From: Octopus sinensis
Taxonomy: Eukaryota
Length of the DNA stretch: 64,000 nt
NCBI RefSeq assembly: GCF_006345805.1
Contig: NC_043002.1
Span: forward strand, 66,154,001-66,218,000
Reading direction: 5' to 3'
Shown here: piece by piece, positions 58,298-64,000 of the stretch
How the letters are laid out: each line of letters starts with the position of its first letter
How positions within the stretch are numbered: position 1 is the first letter of the stretch
Position numbers and translations under genes: made by a program
The notes under the pieces: model-generated
Told to the model about the DNA's origin: nothing
Database searches by the model: none
The model's input: only the letters and a program-made list of their open reading frames with translations

Positions 58298-61011
58298 CTG
58301 TAAATAAAAAATAAAAAGAAGATATATATATCATCATCATTTGACATCAATCTTTCATACTGGCATGAGATGGATGGTTTGACAGTCTTTGTCAATGATA
58401 ACCAAGGACATCACATAGGAGAAGAGGACAGGGCATGGTGCGTCTGGCTGTGGTCAATCAGTCTGATGCGAGCTCAAAAGGCTCTGCCACACATTGAACT
58501 CTGGTGGTATGCTGGGACTGAATGCAAAGGGTTGGCTCTGGACTTGCACAGTTCACATTTCTTCCCTATTTCTTTATTGCCCACGAGGGGCTAAACACAG
58601 AGGGAACAAACAAGGACAGACAAAGGGATTAAGTCGATTACATCGACCCCAGTGCGTAATTGGTACTTAATTTATCGACCTCGGTGGAATTTGAACTCAG
58701 AACATATCAACAGACGAAACACTGTTAAGCATTTTGCCCGGCGTGCTAACGTTTCTGCCAGCTTGCCGCCCTTAAAAGTTCATGCTTTCTTTCTGCCCCT
58801 ACAAACCTGTTCTATTTGTAGGAGGTGGCACCCATGTTGTTGCAGCTTCACCAGGCATGGCAGTCATGTACTTACATTTGCCTTGTGTTCGGGGACATGG
58901 GAGGTTGGTGTCCAGCTAAAATTACAAGGATAGGGAGAGTGGTAATATGCATTCTTTTATTCTTTTACTTGTTTCAGTCATTTGACTGCAGCCGTGCTGA
59001 AGTACTGCCTTTAGTCAAACTAACTGATGCCACATCATCATTGTCATCATTTAACATCCGTTTTCCATGCTGGCATGGGTTGGACTGAGGACTTATAAGC
59101 CAGAGGCTGCACCAGGCTCAATCTGATCTCGCAAAGTTTCTATAGCTAGATGCCCTTCCTAGAGTGTAGTGGTTGCTTTTATGTGCCACCAGCAAGAGGG
59201 CCAGTCAGGCGGTTCTAGCAACAATTACGCTCAAAAGGTGTTTTTTATGCGCTACCTGCACGGGAGCCAGTCCGGCGGCACTGGCAACGACCACGCTCGA
59301 ATGTTGTTTTTCATGTGCCACTGGCACATACGCCAGTAGGGCTTTTTTCATTTCCATCTACCAAATCTACTCACAAGGTTTTGGTCAGCCCAAGGCTATA
59401 ATAGAAGACACTTGCCTAAGGTGCCACGCAGTGGGACTGAACCCGGAACCATGTGGTTTATTTTTTATAGTAGTATCTATTGTAACAGTCAAGTAAGCAA
59501 AATAACATTTTTTTTGCTGAAGGAGTCATGTCTGTAGTAAGGTCTGAATTGAAGACCATGTTGAAAGAGGTTTAGGACCTTGTCCACACAGCCATTGTAT
59601 CACAAATAAAATAACCAACAGAAAAAGCAGCAAAATTAAAGTACTGGGCGACTGATCTAATAGCTAATGATTTCATGACAAGCTCCAGATAAATTATGGA
59701 TATAAGCACAGGCATGGCTGTGTGGTTAAGAGGCTTGCTTTGCAGCCAGGTGGTTTTGGGTTCAGTTCCACTGCATGGCACCTTGGGCACATGTCTACTA
59801 TAGTTTACTTTGAGAACAAATTTGGTAAACAAATAGTGGATGCCTGTCATGGATATACATGTGTGTATGTGTCTTCATGTTTGTGTTTGTCCCCTGACAC
59901 TGCTTGACAACCAGTGCTGGTTTTTTAGCAGTTCAGCAAAAGGGATTCATGGAATAAGTACAAGACTTAAAAGTAAGTACTGGGACTGTATTTGTAGTGC
60001 CCCAGCATGGTCACAGTCCAATGAGTGCAACAAAGCACCCACTACACTCTCGGAGTGGATGGCATTAGGAAGGGTATCCAGCTGTAGAAACTTTGCCAGA
60101 TCAGATTGGAGCCTGGTGCAGCCTACTGGCTCGTCAGACCTCAGTCAAACCATCCAACCCATGCTAGCATGGAATGCGGATGTTAAACGACGAAGACGAT
60201 GATGATGTGTTCAGGCAGCTGTGCTTGAGCACACGAAGATAACTAAAACAGGGGAACGATTTTGAACATGATTGCTGTTGAGTTTGCTTTTTCATTGATT
60301 TAACTAAAATTAGTGAATTTCAAAACTACAGCTTTCTTTTATAACTATTTTTTAATCTTTTTCTACAGCTTACTCTCTGAAAAAGCACAATTGTATTGTT
60401 TGCCTGTAAGTAATAAGACTAGTCAGCTGCTTTTGTAATTTTATTGATAATCAGGAAACCATCATCATCATCATTTTCCATGCTAGCATGGGTTGGACAG
60501 TTTGACCGGGGTCTGGGTAGCCAGGAGGCTGCACCAGGCTCCAGTCTGATCTGGCAGTGTTTTTACAGCTGGATGCCCTTCCTAACGCCAACCACTCCGT
60601 GAGTGTAGTGGGTGCTTTTTACGTGCCACTGGCACAAGTGCCAGGGGAGGCTGGCAACAGTCACAATCGGTTGGTGCTTTTTACGTGCCACCAGCACGAA
60701 AGCCAGTCAAGGTGGCGCTGGCATCGACCACGTATGGATGGGGCTTGGTCGATGCCAGCACCACCTTGACTGGCTTCCGTGCTGATGGCACGTAAAAAGC
60801 ACCAAATGATTGTGGCCGTTGCCAGCATGCTGGTGGCATGTAAAAAGCACCCACCCAATCAGTCATAATTGATTGGTTTCGTACATATGGTCGGTCCTTT
60901 TATTTCAACACTTGCCTAAATCAGAGTAGGAGTTTGTCTTACAATGAGCCAGTCTACATCTGTATAGAGAAACAAAATAAAGAAAGATTTATAAATAAGA
61001 AGTTAAGTTAC

Positions 61012-61114
61012 CCTTAAGAGAGACATCAGAGTTTGTTCTGTGTTGGTAAATGCCATTGGAAGCAACTCTAAGGCCCCAGCACTGCTTTTGCTCACCACAG
61101 GGTTTATTATGGAA
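61012..61114 (-). CDS. MRM1: MRM1 exon (SIINPVVSKSSAGALELLPMAFTNTEQTLMSLLR)
   Basis: tttcag| acceptor, AGG|gtaact donor; VVSKSSAGA motif. Confidence 0.9.
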
Positions 61115-62848
61115 CTGAAACCAAAATTCAAGACAGTAAGAAAATAGAGTTAAGTAATCTGCTCAATCTTGCTTCCCCAAGGACTGCATTCCTGTGGCAC
61201 TGGCATCCTTGGCCATATTTCCCACCTCAACTCTTAGACAACAGCAGTTCAGGTTGAACATTTACCACACGAAATCCAAGCAATCCCTCCCACCCAGCAA
61301 TCTCTTTGTCCCCTCAATCTAAAATGAGGATTTTCAGCCTTTCTCAATCCCAAGTATAATGAACAAGGAGCTAAAAGTGCTACAGCACACTGTTAGTTTC
61401 CTTTATACTTTTGTGCAGGCATGGCTATGAGGTAAGAAATTTGCTTCTCAACCACACGGTTCCAGGTTCAGTCCCACTGTGTCTTCTACAATAGTCCCAG
61501 GTCAACCAAAGCTTTGTGAGTGGATTTGACTGATGATGCCAGTACCACCTGACTGGCCCTCGTGCCAGCGGCACATAAAAAGCATCAACTACATTCTCGG
61601 AGTGGTTGGCATTAGGAAGGGCATCCAGCTGTAGAAACTTTACCAGATCAGATTGGAGCCTAGTGCAGCCTTCTGGCTTGCCAGCCCTCAGTCAAACCGT
61701 CCAACATGGAAAGCAGACATTAAACGATGATGATGATGATGAAATCTGGAAGAAACCTGCCTGTTGTATGTATATATATATATATATGTGTGTGTCTGTG
61801 TTTGTCCTCCACCATCACTGGACAACTGGTGTTGGTGTGTTTACATCCCTACAGCCATATGTAGCAGGTGTAGATGAGTAGCTGAAAATATTTGGTCCAA
61901 GGGGAACTAAACAGAATTTTCACCACCCACTGCAATCTACTCAGAAGAAATAATAAAAATAATGTAGTTTTTATACAAACTTTACTCTTTTAGTCATGTG
62001 ACTGTGGCCATACTGGAGCATTGCCTTTAGTCGATCAAATCGACCCCAGGACTTATTCTTTGTAAGCCTAGTACTTATTCTATCGGTCTCCTTTGCTGAA
62101 CCGCTAAGTTACGGGGACGTAAACACACCAGCATTGGTTGTCAAGCGATGTTGGGGGGACAAACACAGACACATAAACAGACACACACATATATATATAT
62201 ACGACAGGCTTCTTTCAGTTTCCGTCTACCAATTCCACTCACAAGGCTTTGGTCAGCCCGAGGCTATAGTAGAAGACACCTGTCCAAGGTGCCACGCAGT
62301 GGGACTGAACCCGGAACCATGTGGTTGGTGAGCAAGCTACTTACCACACAGCCACTCCTACGCCTACTGTGCATATAATATTCATTCTTTAATTACAGCC
62401 ACAGATGTGTTTGTGTATTATGCCATCTCACCTTCAACTAACAAGTACACATTAAACTAATGTACTCACACACACAGAGGTGTATTTATTTATCTAAAAC
62501 TGAGGTTTCAAGCTACAGCTATTGCAATTATCATATTTCAAGCTATAGCTATTGTGACGCTCGTTCTTCTAAGTAAGCACTGAGTGCTTTATTTACAGTG
62601 ATGACTGAATCATACCACCAAAACACTACCAACAACATCTATTTTCCATGCTGGCATGGACCGGATGGTTTGACAGGAACTAGCAAGGCAGAGGGTTGCA
62701 CCAGGCTCCACTTGTCTGTTTTGGTATGATTTCTATGGCTGGATGCCCTTCCTAGTGCCCACCACTGTATAGAATGTACTTGGTTTTTTTTTTACATGGG
62801 GACCAGCAAAATGGAAAATTCGCTCCAAGACAAATTAAAATAAGTCAC

Positions 62849-62928
62849 CTGTTTTCTTTTGAGAAAATGACTTTGTTTGCACCAAAGTAATATGCACTGC
62901 GTAAAATAGCACCAAAGTTCATGGGATC
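62849..62928 (-). CDS. MRM1: MRM1 exon (DPMNFGAILRSAYYFGANKVIFSKEN)
   Basis: Minus-strand ctttcag| acceptor and AG|gtgact donor; SPOUT motif 1. Confidence 0.9.
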
Positions 62929-64000
62929 CTGAAAGTAAAGGAAGACTGGATTAGAAAACAAACCAAAAAGTTAACAAATGAAAACAGAGAAAAATATTTT
63001 TTTATACAAGCGTATTTTTATAATAAGCATAGGAGTGGCTGTTCCGAGTTCAGTCCCACTGCGTGGCACCTTGGGCAAGTGTCTTCTACTATAACCTTGG
63101 GCCAACCAAAGCCTTGTGAGTGGATTTGGTAGACATATATATATATATATATATATATGACAGGCTTCTTTCAGTTTCTGTCTACCAAATCCACTCACAA
63201 GGCTTTGGTTGGCCCAAGGCTATAGTAGAAGACACTTTCTCAAGGTGCCATGCAGTGGGACTGAACCTGGAACAATGTGGCAGGTAAGCAAGCTATTTTA
63301 ATAACTAGTTGTCATCAACAACTCAGGCAATCGACAAACACACACATACTCACTTGACTTGAATCGTTAATTATTCAGTGGGTAGCGAGATAAATAAAAT
63401 GGATCATGGCAAAAAAATCTTTGGAAAACATTGATGTAGATCATTTCCCCACCCTACCCTGTAATCATAAAACCTCGTTTTTTAACCAAAATTTAGTGGT
63501 TCAGAATATATTCAAATACTGATCACATTTCTTTTATTCTTTTACTTGTTTTAGTCATTTGACTGTGGCCATGCTGGAGCACCACCATTAGTTGAGCAAA
63601 TCAACCCCCAGGACTTATTCTTTGTAAGCCTAGTACTTATTCTATCAGTCTGTTTTGCCGAACTGCTAAGTCATGGGGATGTAAACTCACCAACATCAGT
63701 TGTTAAGTGATGTTGTGGGGACAAACACAGACACACAAACATATACTCACACATTTTATATATATATATATATATTTTTATGATTGTAAGGTGGCGAGCT
63801 GGCAGAAACGTTAACACGCCGGGTGAAATACTTAGTGGTATTTTGTCTGCCGTTACATTCTGAGTTCAAATTCTGCCGAAGTCGACTTTGCCTTTCATCC
63901 TTTTGGGGCTCGATAAATTAAGTACTAGTTACACACTGGGGTCGATCTAATCGACTTAATCCCTTTGTCTGTCCTTGTTTGTCCCCTCTATGTTTAGCTC

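Larger units (their letters stand above)
55347..62928 (-). other. MRM1: MRM1 (mitochondrial rRNA methyltransferase 1, SpoU/TrmH SPOUT family), 3' five coding exons; gene continues past the window end
   Basis: Spliced product DPMNFGAILRSAYYFG...VVSKSSAGALE...GWKLVGTVG...VLIVGNEGTG...DSLNVSVATGILLHSL carries SPOUT motifs 1-3; GT-AG junctions with consistent phases. Confidence 0.9.

Overview
Repeat-dense, intron-rich animal genomic DNA. The SINE, RTE and microsatellite repertoire points to an octopus (coleoid cephalopod); this is inferred from repeats, not proven. Two convergent protein-coding genes can be reconstructed by hand with GT-AG junctions and consistent phases. (1) A complete 16-exon DEAD-box helicase DDX55/Spb4 on the + strand (ATG 22665 to TGA 55048, 584 aa). 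(2) The last five coding exons of the SPOUT-family mitochondrial rRNA methyltransferase MRM1 on the - strand (62928 down to 55347; 5' end beyond the window). The rest is tRNA-derived SINEs, a decayed RTE LINE with many 3'-end copies, hAT, piggyBac and Helitron non-autonomous elements, and microsatellites. The most striking unexplained layer is a set of at least five unrelated non-coding element families that each carry a type I hammerhead-ribozyme motif (CUGANGA...GAAA core, palindromic stem III), the pattern known from Penelope-like elements. These include a ~1 kb foldback at the window start and a foldback element that joins a Pol III tRNA-like head to a hammerhead (DDX55 intron 11). No protein-coding gene could be supported in 1-22600. 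Almost all short ORFs in the supplied track are repeat or microsatellite artefacts.
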